A stretch of DNA of 62,031 nt, filler included, from Sphacelaria rigidula (GCA_964200075.2; 9 parts of 9 records of this genome joined end to end with filler, not necessarily neighbours in it); one strand, 5' to 3'; counted from the first letter of the whole stretch, positions 1 to 13,708 are shown. Notes: generated by a model from the sequence alone, not told the origin. Numbers and translations are program-made.

Positions 1-4
1 TACT

Positions 5-70
5 GATTATCTTGCATTTGGATGACAGCCTCCAATGAGTTGCTTTATTGTGTGGTATCGCCACTTCCAG
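5..70 (+). repeat. Left arm of 66-bp inverted repeat bounding contig 1
   Basis: GATTATCTTGCATTTGGATGACAGCC...CCACTTCCAG is the reverse complement of 6739-6804 with 2 mismatches. Confidence 0.9.
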
Positions 71-2156
71 AGGCAGCCACGGGCTATCGCGGCATAACTC
101 TCAGGTGAACACTGAAATCAACATATGCTTCCCGCAGCGGTTACAGAACAAAACCTTAACCTGCTTACCTAGCTCACAGGGGAGGGGGGAGGGGCAATAA
201 ATTCCTAATCTGAAGATGACGGGCATCGCATACCCCAGGGACCAAGCGCCTTCACCTTCAAGACAGGAAATTTGTCGTTGACATTGTTAACTAGAGTATG
301 CGACATAGCTGTGGAAACAAAAAGCCAAAGTATGAGCAATTAATACCAAGCGAAGGCACGTACGTGATTGACCGTGTGTCCCGTTGCCGTTCACTTCATC
401 AACCATTGTAAAATACAGGATGCTGGGAGCTGTTCTAGTCCGCACGAAGGTTTCTACTCGCGGGTTGCCTCTACGCACACCGTAGCACACTGGGAGAGAC
501 TGTCTATGTATATGCCAAGAAGTAATGATTCGATTGTTAACGCTGTCCTAGTCGTCGCTTTATGGTATAATAATACGAATAAAACCGCTTTTATTTCGTT
601 TTGTGACCGCGGATACCGAACGTTTTCTGCTTCTGTTGTGATTGCACATTTACTACTTTCGACCGTAATGATTCCTTTTGTTGGGTGATGTCATTGTTGT
701 CAACGTATCAAAACGTGGTGTTGATAGTGCTCGAGGTAGGGACGACCGACGTCTACTACCCAGGAGGGGCGCCTCGTCTTCACTGGAACTGTTTCGTTGG
801 GATCGTTGAGCGGAATTTGGATAGCGTAGGAGACGGGAGTCTTGCCGTTACCCTTGTCCTCGACAATTCCTAGCCTCCGGGTCTGAGTCTGTATTCGTCG
901 GGAGGTAAACAATGTGTACGTAGTACGCAGTAAGTCTGGACTTGCAAGTGTAATCAAATGGTTGATCAAAAGGTGCACGCGGGACGTTACTAGGGGGGCC
1001 TGGTATGTATCTACTTGCACTCGAACTCATGTTTTTGGGTGTGCAGAGTACCCTTTCTAACGGAGCAATCGCTAACGCGGGATCGGTGCTCGACCGTCCG
1101 ATTGTCGCAGTTTAGTGCATCTGTTATGGTTTACAAGACAGGCATGCTGCCCAAGGACGATGAACGGCAAACCTCGCTCAAGTAGCCTCGAGAAAAGGAA
1201 TACACTGAAAGAGCAGAAAACAGAGAGAAGAAGAGTGATGCTAGGGTACGGGGGGGGGGGGGGGGGGGTGTTAGATTCCACAAACAACAGGGACTCGCAG
1301 TTGTGTTAGACGGCCTAACGACGCGCGGTGCGTTTGTACTTGAGTGAAAACTTTGTCAAGCGGTATAAATGAGTGTGTCCTATTTGGTACCAAGTACGTG
1401 CGAACAAACGCTACTGATTTCAGCGACGATTTGAGATGGAGATTCGTGGAAGAAACGTCCCCAAATATCCCCCCCCCCTATCGTAGCATCACTCCAAAAA
1501 CTGACAAAGACGCTAGACACGTATTTACTATCAGTCCGGTAAAAACCCCGGCAAGTCCTTGCCGGGGCTTGAGTAATGACAATCATGGAAACGGGCTGCG
1601 GCTGAGCAATGTGGAAGGGCGCGGTGTCAGGGAGAAAATGTCATCCTCCAACTCTGAAGAAGACATCAACACCAACAGGGAAAACCAAGCGAAAATAAGG
1701 GAGCGGAAGAGAAGAAGCTCGGGAAAAATAAGACCAGGAGAACATGCACGGGGGAAAGAGACATCAAAGAAACGAAATGCGTACCGCTGTGACAGCACGG
1801 TCGTGACAGTAGTACGGCAGGATGTGACGCCATCCCAATACTTTTGATCGAATGGAAAATACCCGAGAAAGAGAAATGCGCGATATGTAAAGCGAAAATC
1901 GCTGTTGCCTGTATGCACGGCAGTGTTGAAGATCGAGTATCGAAATATCGAGTATCGTCGCAATTTTTCGGAATCGCGAGCTGGTGAGCCGATACTTCCG
2001 ATACGCAAACTGGCTCTCTCGGGGGCTTTTTTCGTGGCTCTTCTTGCAGAAATGGCCCTTCAAAAGCAGTAAAAAAGGGCCAGAAATCCAGGAAACCGGT
2101 TGTTTGACGATTTTCCGAGTATCGATGAAAGCATCGAAAACATCGATATGGATGGT

Positions 2157-2365
2157 TCCAAGGGCAGGTCGAGTAGAGTATACTCAATTGCGGGGTATTT
2201 TGAAAGACGCACTTCAGGTACTCAAATCAAGGTAGAGTGTTGGGAGTTGTACCCGAAATATAACTGGAAAGCGATCCCCAAAACCCTACCCCTGATTTGA
2301 GTACCTCAAGTACGACTTTCAAAATACCCCGCAATTGAGTATACTCTACTCGACCTACCCTTGGA
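2157..2365. mobile_element. Fold-back MITE-like palindrome
   Basis: Arms of about 90 bp (CCAAGGGCAGGTCGAGTAGAGTATACTCAATTGCGGGGTATTTTGAAAG... / ...CTTTCAAAATACCCCGCAATTGAGTATACTCTACTCGACCTACCCTTGG) around a short spacer; no coding capacity. Confidence 0.75.
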
Positions 2366-4260
2366 TGTTTTCTCGACGATATTTGAAAGATATCGTATCG
2401 AGCTCTTTATTCCATTCGATTCTCAACACTGATGCACGGCAGCACGCATCTATTGAGCGAACAGCTGCGCAGGAAACAGCGTATCACACACTCACAAACA
2501 AAAACGGGAGTACAAGTAAAAAAGGGGACAATGTCTCACCGGTATATCCTGTATCGACGTTGGAGCCTTAACGCCGCTGCGAATCTCCTCCTCCGCAGCT
2601 TGTGCACCTCGACTTTCTGAGTGTACGCCTTCCTCCTGCCCAGAAGTCCGCGATATGACCGCTGGATGTCCGTTGCGTAGCCGGCACGTTTTCGTTGCTC
2701 CCTTTCGCTGGCACCAGCAGGTTGACACACACGCACGAACACATACGAAAAAGAAAGCAAAAGAGAAATTTCCGCAACGTTCCAAAGAAAGAATGTGGTA
2801 TGTGGCGACGCGTTAACGGAACGAGATGACAAAAAGGAGTGGAAAATGACATATTATTCGCTGTAGAAATCCGTTGTATATATATATATATATATTATTT
2901 AATTCGTACTTTCCTCTTGTTTTCCTCTTTATTGCTTTAGGTCGGCCATTTCTTTCTGCGCTTTGCTTGTGTTGAATTTGCGTTACTATTCTTTTGTCAC
3001 GATTCAGTCTGCCATGTCGTTCTGTCCGACCCCTCTTTCTTTTTCTTTTTCTTTTCCTGTTCCTATTGTTTTCTGTTCCTTTTTTTCCCCCCTTAGAGCG
3101 TGTTTGAATGCCGTTTTTCTCAAGTACGTCTATCATGAGACCACAGCTGGATCCCTGGGGGGTCAGTTAAAGTACGACAATCAATCAATCATAATCAGAA
3201 AAACAAGCGCGTCCGACTCAGCGATTCATGCCACGGTAGGGGTGCACAAGATATATTTCTGAGATTTGGATTGTGAGGAGCCCGGAATCTCATCCAAAAC
3301 AATGATTTATGGAAAATGTGAGAGCACGCCATGACTAGTACCGCAATGAGCTAGGGACAACTCGTATAAATTTGAAAACGGGAACATCTTGACCTGTGAC
3401 TTTTGTGTGGAGCCTAACTTAAGGAACCGCTCAAATGAGCAATATCTGGGTCCAAATGTACCACCCCTACCGTGGCATGACTTTAACAACCGTAGGATGT
3501 CCACCACGCAACGGGAATCTCGCGTATTGCATTTCCCTCTCTACCCCTCTGATAGAGTGCGACAAACGCATTCATGCAGCGTCGGGCACCCGTGAGCACG
3601 GCAACGCAGTCACAAAGCAGTCGCCGTATGATGTCCATACGTGGAAGAGAAGACGAATTGTGCCGTATGATGGTCATACGTGGAAGAGAAGACGACGAAT
3701 TGCCGTACGAGGCCGAGGGCAGAGTTGCGCGCACTTATCTCGCTCGAAAGCAAACATCCCACGATATACCGGTCTAAAAGTCGTTCGTGCACCTGACGCG
3801 TTGTACGTGTTTCCCACAACACATGGACACCCACATGACACGAGCAGAGAGGTCACCACAGCGTGTTCGGGTGATGCGTAGTGCACGCACGGCATGGCTC
3901 GCGATGTGCTCGCGGCACGCACCGAGCGCGAAAAAAAAGAAACAGAGACATGTATGTACTCTCTGCAAGAGAGCCATGCCACGGTGGGGGTGCATTTTGT
4001 TTTTCCTGGGGCTCTTTGTTGTAGGAGCCTCTAGATGGAAAATATATGGGCCTTAGTGTGCAGCCTCAGAAACCTTTCGTACTGAAAAGTGCACACCTGC
4101 CGTGGTATCACTCGACAACTTCAGAAAACTATTTTGGCGCATCACCGCGGCGTTTCTAAAACATGCGCATAATATATGGCTTGTACATTGTACACTTTCG
4201 GAAATCAGTATTTCTTTCCACTCATGATACACGGGCATGAGTACGCGAGTAAGAAAAAAA

Positions 4261-4422
4261 GTAGTTGGCTGAGTTTGTTTGACGAGAGTTGACGCGGTGC
4301 GAGAGTGTTAGTCATGATCCAATCCGGGAGACCGAAATGCAAGGCGTGTGCCGGAGAGAGATAAGGCGATCCCTTGAGACCACGGACTCGCGCCTAGGAA
4401 GGTGAGGAGGGTTCAAAGTGTG
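4261..4422 (+). mobile_element. 5'-truncated copy of SINE family A (body plus GATCCCTTGAGACCACGGACTC tail)
   Basis: Body matches the units at 19910-20390 and 60900-61090; followed by a CAA/CAG microsatellite. Confidence 0.7.
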
Positions 4423-4424
4423 AC

Positions 4425-4495
4425 AAATAACAACAACAGCAGCAACAACAGACAGCAGCAGCAGCAACAACAACAACAGACAACAACAACAACAG
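4425..4495. repeat. (CAA/CAG)n microsatellite
   Basis: Direct reading. Confidence 0.9.
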
Positions 4496-4657
4496 CTGAA
4501 GAACGCTTCAAAGTGATAGAAAGGAAGGATCTCTGACACTTTTTATCTCATGAGGAACACTGAATGACTCAAGTACTCTCTAAAACTTCAGAAACAGCAC
4601 CGTCGGGGATCCTGTCAAGAACGGCTACTTGGCTTTACTAAGATACTTCCGCTTAGT

Positions 4658-4735
4658 CGCCCCGGTGGTTCAGCTGGTAACCTCTAAATTCTTCTCTCGA
4701 CTGCTAGGTGGTGAGTTCGATCCTCGACGCAGACA
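4658..4735 (+). mobile_element. tRNA-derived SINE head or tRNA pseudogene
   Basis: A-box-like TGGTTCAGCTGG and B-box-like GAGTTCGATCCTC at tRNA-like spacing; no convincing anticodon arm or acceptor stem. Confidence 0.5.
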
Positions 4736-5963
4736 CACAAGTCGGGTTTGTTTCTCACGATATGCCTGACGGTGGAAGCCGATTGTTTCGTGAGTGAGCA
4801 CAAAAATCGATATAACTATCAACGAGGAAACGAGGCGACCGAATAACCCTTTTAGCGATAAAAATGACTATGGCAAGCACCGGAGAAGGAAAGTGGAGAG
4901 GAAAAAAATAACTTATGTTTGACCTTCTGCCCGTGTGTGTGACCCTGTCTCGTGCGCTTACATACTGCGTGTGCGCCCCGGAAAGGTGTAGACTGGCGCC
5001 CAGAGTAAACGGGATGACAACATACACATTGACAGCAAGTGATCATGAATATTGATCTGGATTCCCACATCCTCCACCGATTGTGTGATAGCACCGGCAG
5101 TCGTCGGCAAACAAGGAGAAATAAATCTGATACAGGTTGATGCAGTAGACCTACAGCTCTGGGCGTATATCTATGGTTGGCGATATGACTACTCGATTTT
5201 GGACTTGAGAAAAATTCTGAGAGAATGTATGGTTGAGGGCGGGTGAGCAGTGGACCCAGCTGGTCTAGAGCGTGTTTTTGTCGAAATCGGCGCCTGCGGC
5301 GTCGATTTGATGTCTGCCAACGCACAGTTTGCTTAGGAGTACCTACACCCCTCCCCTTCCCCGAGCGTCTTGTACGCCTTGAATCGGGGTTAGGGTAGTT
5401 TGTTCAAAAAAAACAATCATAGATATACGTCCAAAGCTGTAGGTCCCCTCGGTTGATGAATACCCAGTGCAGGGCACAGCAGCTATTCCTAGTGCAGCGC
5501 GGATGACAAAATATAAGGAACACGAAACATGAATTCGAAGAAGTCAAGGGAAAAAACGCTCATGAGAATCATCCCTACGATCTATCTAGCTCGGTGCTTT
5601 TTCCAGATGTTGTGGTCGAAATGGGTTTTATTCAAATTGTGCTGCAGCACGATGCGAGACACGAACAACTCCGCCGTTCTCGTGCTTTCGGGTTGCATCC
5701 ATGTCTTCCATCCATTTTCTTGACATTCCCTGTCAAGATTCAAAGGTCCAGGCTGAAAGCTGAAAAGGTGGGTATATCATCGTGCATATCTTGTATCCGC
5801 TTGAGGTACGTCTAGCTCTTCCGCCGATCGAACATTGGAATATGACGGCGTGACACACTTGTTCATTCTCCAGAGGTCCCTTTTCGTTTTCGTCAAATCG
5901 TACAGCTGTATTGATCGTTGGACTACCGATGGAGGGTTCTCGTACCCTAACAGCGGTGATTAT

Positions 5964-6120
5964 AACCGGGGAGAGATGAGTTGATCCCGTAAGAGACCAC
6001 GGACTCGTCCCGAGGGGGGAGAGGGGTTCAAAGTGCAACAAGTAAAAATAAAAATAAAATAAAATAAAATCAAACCAATAAAATAAAAATAAAACAAACC
6101 AATAAAATAAAAATAAAAAA
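5964..6120 (+). mobile_element. 3' tail of SINE family A with A-rich (AAAAT)n tail
   Basis: ACCGGGGAGAGATG...GAGACCACGGACTCGTCCCGAGG...GGGTTCAAAGTG followed by AAAAT repeats. Confidence 0.65.
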
Positions 6121-6738
6121 TGATAGCACCGGTAGCGGTGGTGTTACTGTTGGTACTGCAGCGGTATTTATTTTGGCAGTGATAGCATAAACACAAGTGG
6201 TAGTGATGATTATTCTCATAGAAAATGGGATACTAACTCTTGGTCATGATACTATTTTCAGTGGTGGGATGATTCTTACGAGTGCTGGTCGCAATCGCAA
6301 CAGTCGCAGTGGTAGTAAAAAGAGAGAAACACCATACAGTAACCCTACAGGTTACGGGGTCCTCGAAGAGTCATACAAACGTCTCTCCATAACTATCTGT
6401 TGACGTAGGGCACACGCACACGAGCCAGCGGCGAAGGCGAAGAGGAAAATGAAAAGAACCACCTGAGGAGAGCGAAAACCCGCGCCTACGATCTTACCTC
6501 CCCGAGGCTCAAACCGAGCGGTGCGCTACGATGACGATTACGTTGTGGGAAAGTCCGATTCTCAGCAAGACCCAGTAGGCAATACGTTGCATGTCATTTG
6601 ACAATTCTGTTCCTGTGGGGTACTAGCCTGTGACTGAATGGCGATATATCTTCCCTTAGATACCATGCCAACACGGGTTCTCACGAAGTAGCACAACTCT
6701 CAGCTCCGTCACCCATCTCCCCCTCCCCCCCCCCCCCC

Positions 6739-6804
6739 CTGGAAGTGGCGATACCACACAATAAAGCAACTCATTGTTGGCTGTCATCCAAATGCAAGAT
6801 AATC
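6739..6804 (-). repeat. Right arm of 66-bp inverted repeat bounding contig 1
   Basis: Reverse complement of 5-70; ends exactly at the contig end. Confidence 0.9.
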
Positions 6805-6904
6805 NNNNNNNNNNNNNNNNNNNNNNNNNNNNNNNNNNNNNNNNNNNNTTAATTAATTAANNNNNNNNNNNNNNNNNNNNNNNNNNNNNNNNNNNNNNNN
6901 NNNN
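6805..6904. other. Artificial contig linker (N-TTAATTAATTAA-N, 100 bp)
   Basis: Same six-frame-stop linker repeated 8 times at about 6.9 kb period. Confidence 0.98.
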
Positions 6905-8596
6905 GGCAATCAGGCAGAAGAAATCGTGAATTTGGTGATTTTGAGTCTTGATGATTTGTCCTGGCCGTGGAATATTGGGGGGAAAGTCTACACCTCGGGC
7001 AAAAATAACGTCTCCGATTACCTGATCCGCGATACTAGTTCAGTCGGGATCAAAAGATGGCCGGACCTGCAGTGAATGAACGGAAGACTCGTTGAAACAA
7101 ATACGAATGAGGATGGAGAGGCAAATAACAAGCAACGACAATTGGATCAGATCCCAAAGCTGCGGGAATAGAACAGTTTTTTGGAAGAATGCTCTCCCGC
7201 CAGGTGTGTACAGTACGGCAAGTACGCCACGGCGAAGACGGCGGCCTGTCATCCAAGTTGTACATCTATTTCTTAACAGTGAAACATTCTCATGGGGTGT
7301 ACCCTGAATATTCCGCGTGCCCTCCCCGAACTTCCCGCGTGTATCGCTTCACCGCACCGTGCTCGATAATCGTTTGCGTATTCGTGTCTGCATGTACAGG
7401 ACAGCACGGCTCCAGGGCGTGGAATTTTGTTGGCCCTTCCGGGACCGTTCAGGGTGACGTACCTTCCGCACAGCATTTACACGAGATATTGCAACGATGT
7501 CCCTATAACCGAGGAGACTGTCGTGGGTCACTGCCACAACTGGGGCACGCCGGAACACAGAATCAAATACATGAAAGAAGTAGGGACATGGGGTTTGGGC
7601 AATTGATGGCTTAGACATGCGTGTCGTGTCTCGGGAAAATTTTCCTGTTGTGTGCGTGCACATGGAGGGTGTGCAGCATGCTTTATAATTGTGGTTGGCT
7701 GTAGCTCTGGCCCTGCGCGTGGTTGTCGTGCTTTTTATACCTCATGTAAAACCATAGCAAAAAAGCCTCTTGCTCGGGTGGATCATCAGATGGGTAGCTC
7801 CACTCTATTCTTACGATTGGGAAATGGAGTCGAATCTCGGTGAAGTCACACGATCCGGGATTTTTTCTCACATCATAAATATTTACAAGTTTCCACTTCG
7901 GGAAGTTGGTACGGGTGTCCCGGGTTTGACGCAAGTCGAAAATATATGGTCAAGAGAGGCTGTTCTATCTCAGTGTTCAGTAGTGATCATGGCTGTACAA
8001 AACCTCGCTCGCGTTACCGGATGGTGGCTCCGGATAAGGTTCACCAACTTGAGTAACACGGATGTGAATGTTGTACAGTCCTTGGGCGGCAATAATTTCG
8101 ACATTTGTGGCATATGCCTATGGATGCAACATGAGCTGAAGGTCATGTTAAACGCTATTATACGTTTAGTCGGCGTAGGACATGTAACATGTAACAAAGT
8201 TTTCGTGAGATTGAGAGTTGGGTGCGGATTGAGAGTGGCTCTGATCATTCGCTTTAACTTGGCCAATTTTTCATTTCGTGTGTGCTTTTCGTCGTCTCAT
8301 CACTGTCATGTGCTTACAGCTATACGTTGATATCCTACTCAGGGGTATCGAGGGCCTCAGTGGCAAGTTACTACAGAGAGAATATTGGGCCTTGTGGAGG
8401 TGCATTTCGGAACTGAGACGGCTCATTTCCTAATTGACCGCTTTTTACTCTCAGTCGTACCTTCAACTCTCAATTACACGAAAACGTTGTTATGTGTGGT
8501 ATTCCCGAGGAGCCAGTGTGCGAAGTAGCTCTCGTGCCACAAAGACGTAACAGCGGGAGGCACTCCCCGAAAAATTGGAGTGCGTGAAACATTGTT

Positions 8597-8920
8597 GGCA
8601 TGTTCTTTGTCACTTGGGAAGCTCGCGGGAATGTCCTTCCAGTGCTTCGCTTTTTCGCTGCACATGAGAATTTGCATTTCTCTTGACAAAATAGTCACTT
8701 TTGCTGACTGTTGGAATGCGTGGAAGATTCCTGGCATGTTCTCACTTGGGAAGCTCGCGGATATGTTCTTTTAGTGCTTGGTTTGTTCTCTGCACATGAG
8801 AGTTGCGTTTTGTTTTCAAGTCGGCCGAATTTTTTCACCGAGTCATGTTTTTTAACGGGCCTGTTCTTGCCGTGCTGTCGTTTTTCGCTGCACATGAAAC
8901 TTTGCATTTCTCTGGACATG
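8597..8920. repeat. Degenerate tandem repeat (about 135-bp unit)
   Basis: GGCATGTTCT..CACTTGGGAAGCTCGCGG and TTTTTCGCTGCACATGA..TTTGCATTTCTC recur 2-3 times. Confidence 0.6.
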
Positions 8921-9989
8921 AGAATGGCGGGTTTTTTTCTTGAAACGATATCACTTCACTGTGGCTCCCACATCGCCGGGCCTTTTTTGAAAACAGGGTA
9001 ATTGTTTTCGCGGCACATTACTGTGCTGCCGTGCTCCTATGCCTTGTTCAACTCGCCAACGGCCCATTGCACGGCCCTGTGTATGCTGCTAAGGCCAAGG
9101 CATGTCCAATTGTTTTCAACTGCTTCTCATTTTCTCGTGACGTTGGCGGCATAAGCGGTGTGCTCGTGCTCCCAAATGAACGAGAGCGCGGCAAAGAGAA
9201 ACACGGGGGAAGAGTACCCCGCCAGAAGCAATCTGTTCGACGTTTTCCGTGATCTTGAGAATGCTTTCGTGGTTCGAAACGAAATAGCAGGACTTTCGGC
9301 AGCCATAACACGCGCCACAGGCATCAGATGACACTCAAACCTGAACGGTAATATACCGCTGAGCCTTCTCAGTGCGCTGCACAAAAAAGCGCGGGAAAAC
9401 ATGCCTCGCCACCAGAGAAACGTCAGCAAAAGTGGTGGAAAATGTGCAATGATACATGTACATGACCTCCCTTCTCCCCGACCGCCATCCGTCTGGGGTT
9501 GATTGTTTCAGGGTAGGCTCACCCCACCGACAACACAACCATTAAGCAAGGAAGGGTAGGTTGATCTACTGGCTTGCATAAAGTCAGAGGTGATCCAACA
9601 TACAGTCTGGGTAAGGGGTCATGCAAGCAGTGTCGACGTCCAGGCTCAATCCTGCAGCTTCGGAGTTCTGCCCTAGAATGGGAACGAAATTGAATACCGT
9701 AGCTGCAGCTTTTTACCCGACCTCGAGGCACTGTCGCGGGAAGCACTTTAATGAAGATGTGGCACGTGTGAGTAAGTGCCAGATTCGGCGAACTGGAGAT
9801 AGCGGCCGACGCTGGGTGGGAAGGCGGCACCCTCCCCGCGAGACCAACAAGCAAGGCAAAGCAGCGTGATGGACGTGCCAAGGAAAAATCGGAACAGAAA
9901 AAAACCCGCCCGTAAAATTAGGAAACGAAACAGACCAAGAAAGAGAGCAGAGCAAAGAGAACGACGCGTGAATGTAGAGAAGGCTAAAG

Positions 9990-10390
9990 CTAGGTCGCGT
10001 AGTGGGGAGCTCAAAGTAGCTTCCTATAACGTCCGTACACTGTCCCTCACGGGAAAGAACAGAGCTAGCCATGCTGAGGTAGTCCTGCAAAAATGTCAGG
10101 CAATCGGGCTGGCCATGCTGACGTCATCGGGCTACAGGAACTGAGGAGACCAGGTCGAACCGAATTTTGTGGGGCGGGATATCATGCCTTTTGTTGCGGA
10201 GCGGAGGGTGGCAGGGGAAGGGCTGGTCAATATTGTGTTGGGTTGGCGGTCAAGGAGTCGACCATCAGCGAACGCCTCATGTCGATTACTCCCAACCTAG
10301 CGGATGAATCAAATGCTGCTACGTTGTAGTTGCATATGCCCCCCATAGACGCTCCACAGTCAGAAGCAAAGAGAGATGTGTTCTGGACTG
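9990..10390 (+). pseudogene. LINE APE-type endonuclease fragment (RTE-like), cut off by the adjacent gypsy element
   Basis: Motifs LKVASYNVRTL, DVIGLQE, VGLAV and VAYAP across frameshifts. Confidence 0.8.
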
Positions 10391-13375
10391 CAGCATCCTC
10401 CGACAAACCGTGGAAAGCTAGCGGGTCACTCTCGCCCACGTACAAGAAGTCAAAACGAACGACTTCACTCGGCGTGGCCCCATGGACCGTTTCGGCGAGC
10501 GGGTGGGGAATAACATCGCCCGCCCTCGAGTCAGCACAGTGAAGACACGGGCGGACAAATTCGCGCATATGGGTTTCTATCCCCTGCCAGACACAAAACT
10601 CTTTCAGGTGCACGAGCGTCGCAGCCACACCACGATGCTCAGCGTCGCGCATGCGCGCGCAAATCATCAGACGTCCCTGCAACTGCTTGTCAGAACTCGG
10701 AATCCACTAAACGTTTCGGCCACGCACATGCACACGAAACAGACCTTCAGTGTCCAAGATAGCAGGACCAACGTGTGACTCGAAAGATTGCACGTCCGCA
10801 TCTTCGGCCCCAAGATATTTTCGTTGAGCTTGGCGGACGGCAAATTTGGACGGCATCGAGTAATCAGGTTCACACGGACCATACACAGCCACAGCGCGCA
10901 CAACCATTTAAATTTCATCTGTTGGAATCTGCATGACCAAACTACCCCAATGGCACTCAAATGCATCCGGAAACATAAACATCTGACCATCGAACCGGGG
11001 ATGGAACAGCGTCACGGCATGAGCCATCAGATCCTTCGCTGCCGCCCACGCCCGCAGCTTGCCCTCCGTCCACGATGCAGCCTTGTTCGGACGCCATGTC
11101 TGGACTGGACCACCCCGCCTGCGAATTCCGTAACACCAACCCGAGCGCCAAAAGAGCCACCATGCACAACGCCAACCAACTCGACTTGACTGGATCGTAC
11201 CGCCGTGGCTTCGGCTTCGCCGCGGACGGCTCAGGTTTTAGCTGAGCACGCATGGGGTTCACGCGCACAGGGGGATCTCCCCGCAGCGCACGACGAAACG
11301 CGTTGACGCGGCAATGCAATATGCCGCGCAGGCGCCCCGCTTCTAAGACGCTGAGGCCTGTCGCCCCAGCATCCGTCATGCTCTCCTCTAGCGCGACCTT
11401 CCGAGCGGACTCCTCTTCCGCCGTAATCATCATCACCTCCGGGCCGCGCTCTACTAAGCGTTCAACCGCCGCATCCCGCTCCTCGGTCACCTGCCCCTCA
11501 GCCTCCTCAAAGGCATTCACCGACAACTCAAGCAACGACTGCCCAAAAAGGCGGGCGTCTCCACGTGGGACCAGGCGGAGACATCCGCGTCTTGATGGAG
11601 TCCTTCAACCGCTCATACGAGTCGACTCCCAGATCCTGTAGCGTCGGCAGCCCCAGAAGAACAACTTCATCCGACCCTGGCATAATCGCAAACGACATCG
11701 AAGGCGACGGCGCCGGCCCCTAGGAAGTCGTGAAAGTAAGATGCAGCGGAACAGTACGCTCTGTCACGTAAACATGCTGACTCGACGCGGTGATGGCCTG
11801 CCGCGACCCGAGCGAAAACGAAATGCGCAGTGACACACCCGGTGGAAGACGCTCCAACATCTCTACAGTCTGTACCGACAGACTCACATGACCCGTGAAG
11901 TGGGCGCCAGAATCCCACTTAGCCTGAAGCGCAATGGGTTCACGCTCCCGATAATTCGGGAGACACAGCTCCGCAGGAACGTGATTGTGCGCAGACTCCA
12001 CTACCCTTTATTCGCCGACCGATGCGCCGCTAATCTCACTTGACGCCACGGCTGTGCAGCAGGCGAAGACGCCCCGGCAATTTCGAACGGCACCGACGGC
12101 GGAAATGACCCCCAGCCAGCAGACCAACACTTTGGCGAACCTCCGACCAGCACGTCAGCAGGTGTCGCGCCTGGCGCTGCTGCCGGTGTCGCCACCGGCG
12201 CCACCACCGGCGCCGGCGCAGTGTTCGACGATGTAGAAGTCGGTCCCATCTGCACCGCCCATTGCAGATCAGCAGAACCTATAGTGCCGGACCCAGAACC
12301 AGATCCATACTGACGCCGCTGCCCCTGCTGCTGCTGTCGCTGCTGCCGAGGACTCGACTGCGACCCTCCACCGCCGGAGTATCCGCCGCCGCCGCCGCCA
12401 CCACGATTACCTCGTCTTTTGCCCTTGTGCTGACGATGCTGATGGCGCGCAGCAAGAGATTGCCCAGCCTCTCCACCGGAAGACGTTGGGAAATTGCGCG
12501 CGTAATGGCCGACCTGGCCACAACAGTGGCAAGTGCCCGCCGCATGCCCTGCATACGTTTTGATCGCCGCAACCAATTCCTGCGGTGTGATCGTGATCTT
12601 TTTATGCTCCAAACGAGCATACACTCTCTGCACATAAGTTGGCACTTGTTGAGCCAGAGGCACCACCTGATGCCGCACAGGACCCCCTCCGTTAGCGTGC
12701 TTCGCGCGCTTCTTGTACTCAAAGTACTTCGTAATAAAAGCGCGAGATGCATTCATTCTCTGAGTACCTATCCCCATATTGGGGGGGTCGCAACTCTTCC
12801 CGCATGACCACAGATGTCGCCATAGCTGCAGCTGTAACCGGCTATCTGCTAACCGTTGCAGGCCAACGGACTGTCGCGAATTGCACTTTTCTTGCTTTGT
12901 TGCCGCACCATACAGTCGTAGGAGCCTCCAAACTCCCGCTGCAGGCAGCTTCAGCAAGTCTCCAGTCTGGATCAATCACAGGCCAGCCGCCTTGTTGAAG
13001 CTGCCTCAGCTGGTACCCTCTCCACGCTTCCGTGGTTTATCAGATTCACACAGCCACCAGACTTCGCCGAACTCCCTTCCAGCAGGTTCCTAGCACTATC
13101 ACTTTCACTAATACTAATATCGATATTGTGAATCCAGTCAGTGGAAGCACTGCTAAATCACTGCTGTTGAGGGATTCCCCAGTCTTACTAGCCTTAGTTT
13201 CAGGTGTCAGTCTTTACAACATTCTCATTATTCAGAAGTGACCTCGTAGGCACAGCCTCCTAGAAACGCCAGGATATCAACCTAGGTTCCCCGGTCATTA
13301 TCCAGATTATCACCACCAACGGTCACTATTCAGATCATCACAATCAACTCAACGTAACGGCGTTATTTTGTCACC
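10390..13375 (-). mobile_element. Internally deleted Ty3/gypsy LTR retrotransposon (5' LTR, gag with CCHC knuckle, protease, RT-RNaseH remnant, integrase N-terminus)
   Basis: Gag CHCCGQVGHYARN, protease WDSGAHFT, integrase HRGVAAT..W..V..CLHC..DFLYVG; colinear with the copy at 30432-34150 but lacking the RT core. Confidence 0.9.
13033..13375 (-). repeat. LTR of the gypsy element
   Basis: Reverse complement aligns with 30432-30792 and 43582-43935. Confidence 0.75.
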
Positions 13376-13708
13376 AGCTTCACATTCTGGGGTTTCCGGC
13401 CTCACGAACGAGCAGGAGGAGTGAAAGGCGAGCGAGACGGGACAATGAAGTTACTCAATTCATGCAGATACTACGGTACCAGGCAATTACCGCGTGAGTT
13501 GGAATTTCATTTCGAATGGGGGTCTGCATGGGGATCTGAAGTGAATGAACAATATTTTCGTAAGATTGAGAGTCGATGATACAAGTGAGAGCAGCCTTTC
13601 CATGGCTTTCAGCGGCCGGGTGCGTCTGCATCATTAATGGACAAAACGCTTACCTCGCACATTGGTGCAAAATCCTGCCGGCAGATCTAACAGTGTTTCC
13701 GTGAAATC

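Noticed and set aside
679-1288. Solo copia LTR (TGTTG...CAACA)
   Set aside because: No target-site duplication and no second copy in the window.
4658-4735. Functional tRNA gene
   Set aside because: A and B boxes are present, but there is no proper anticodon arm or 7-bp acceptor stem; called SINE-like instead.
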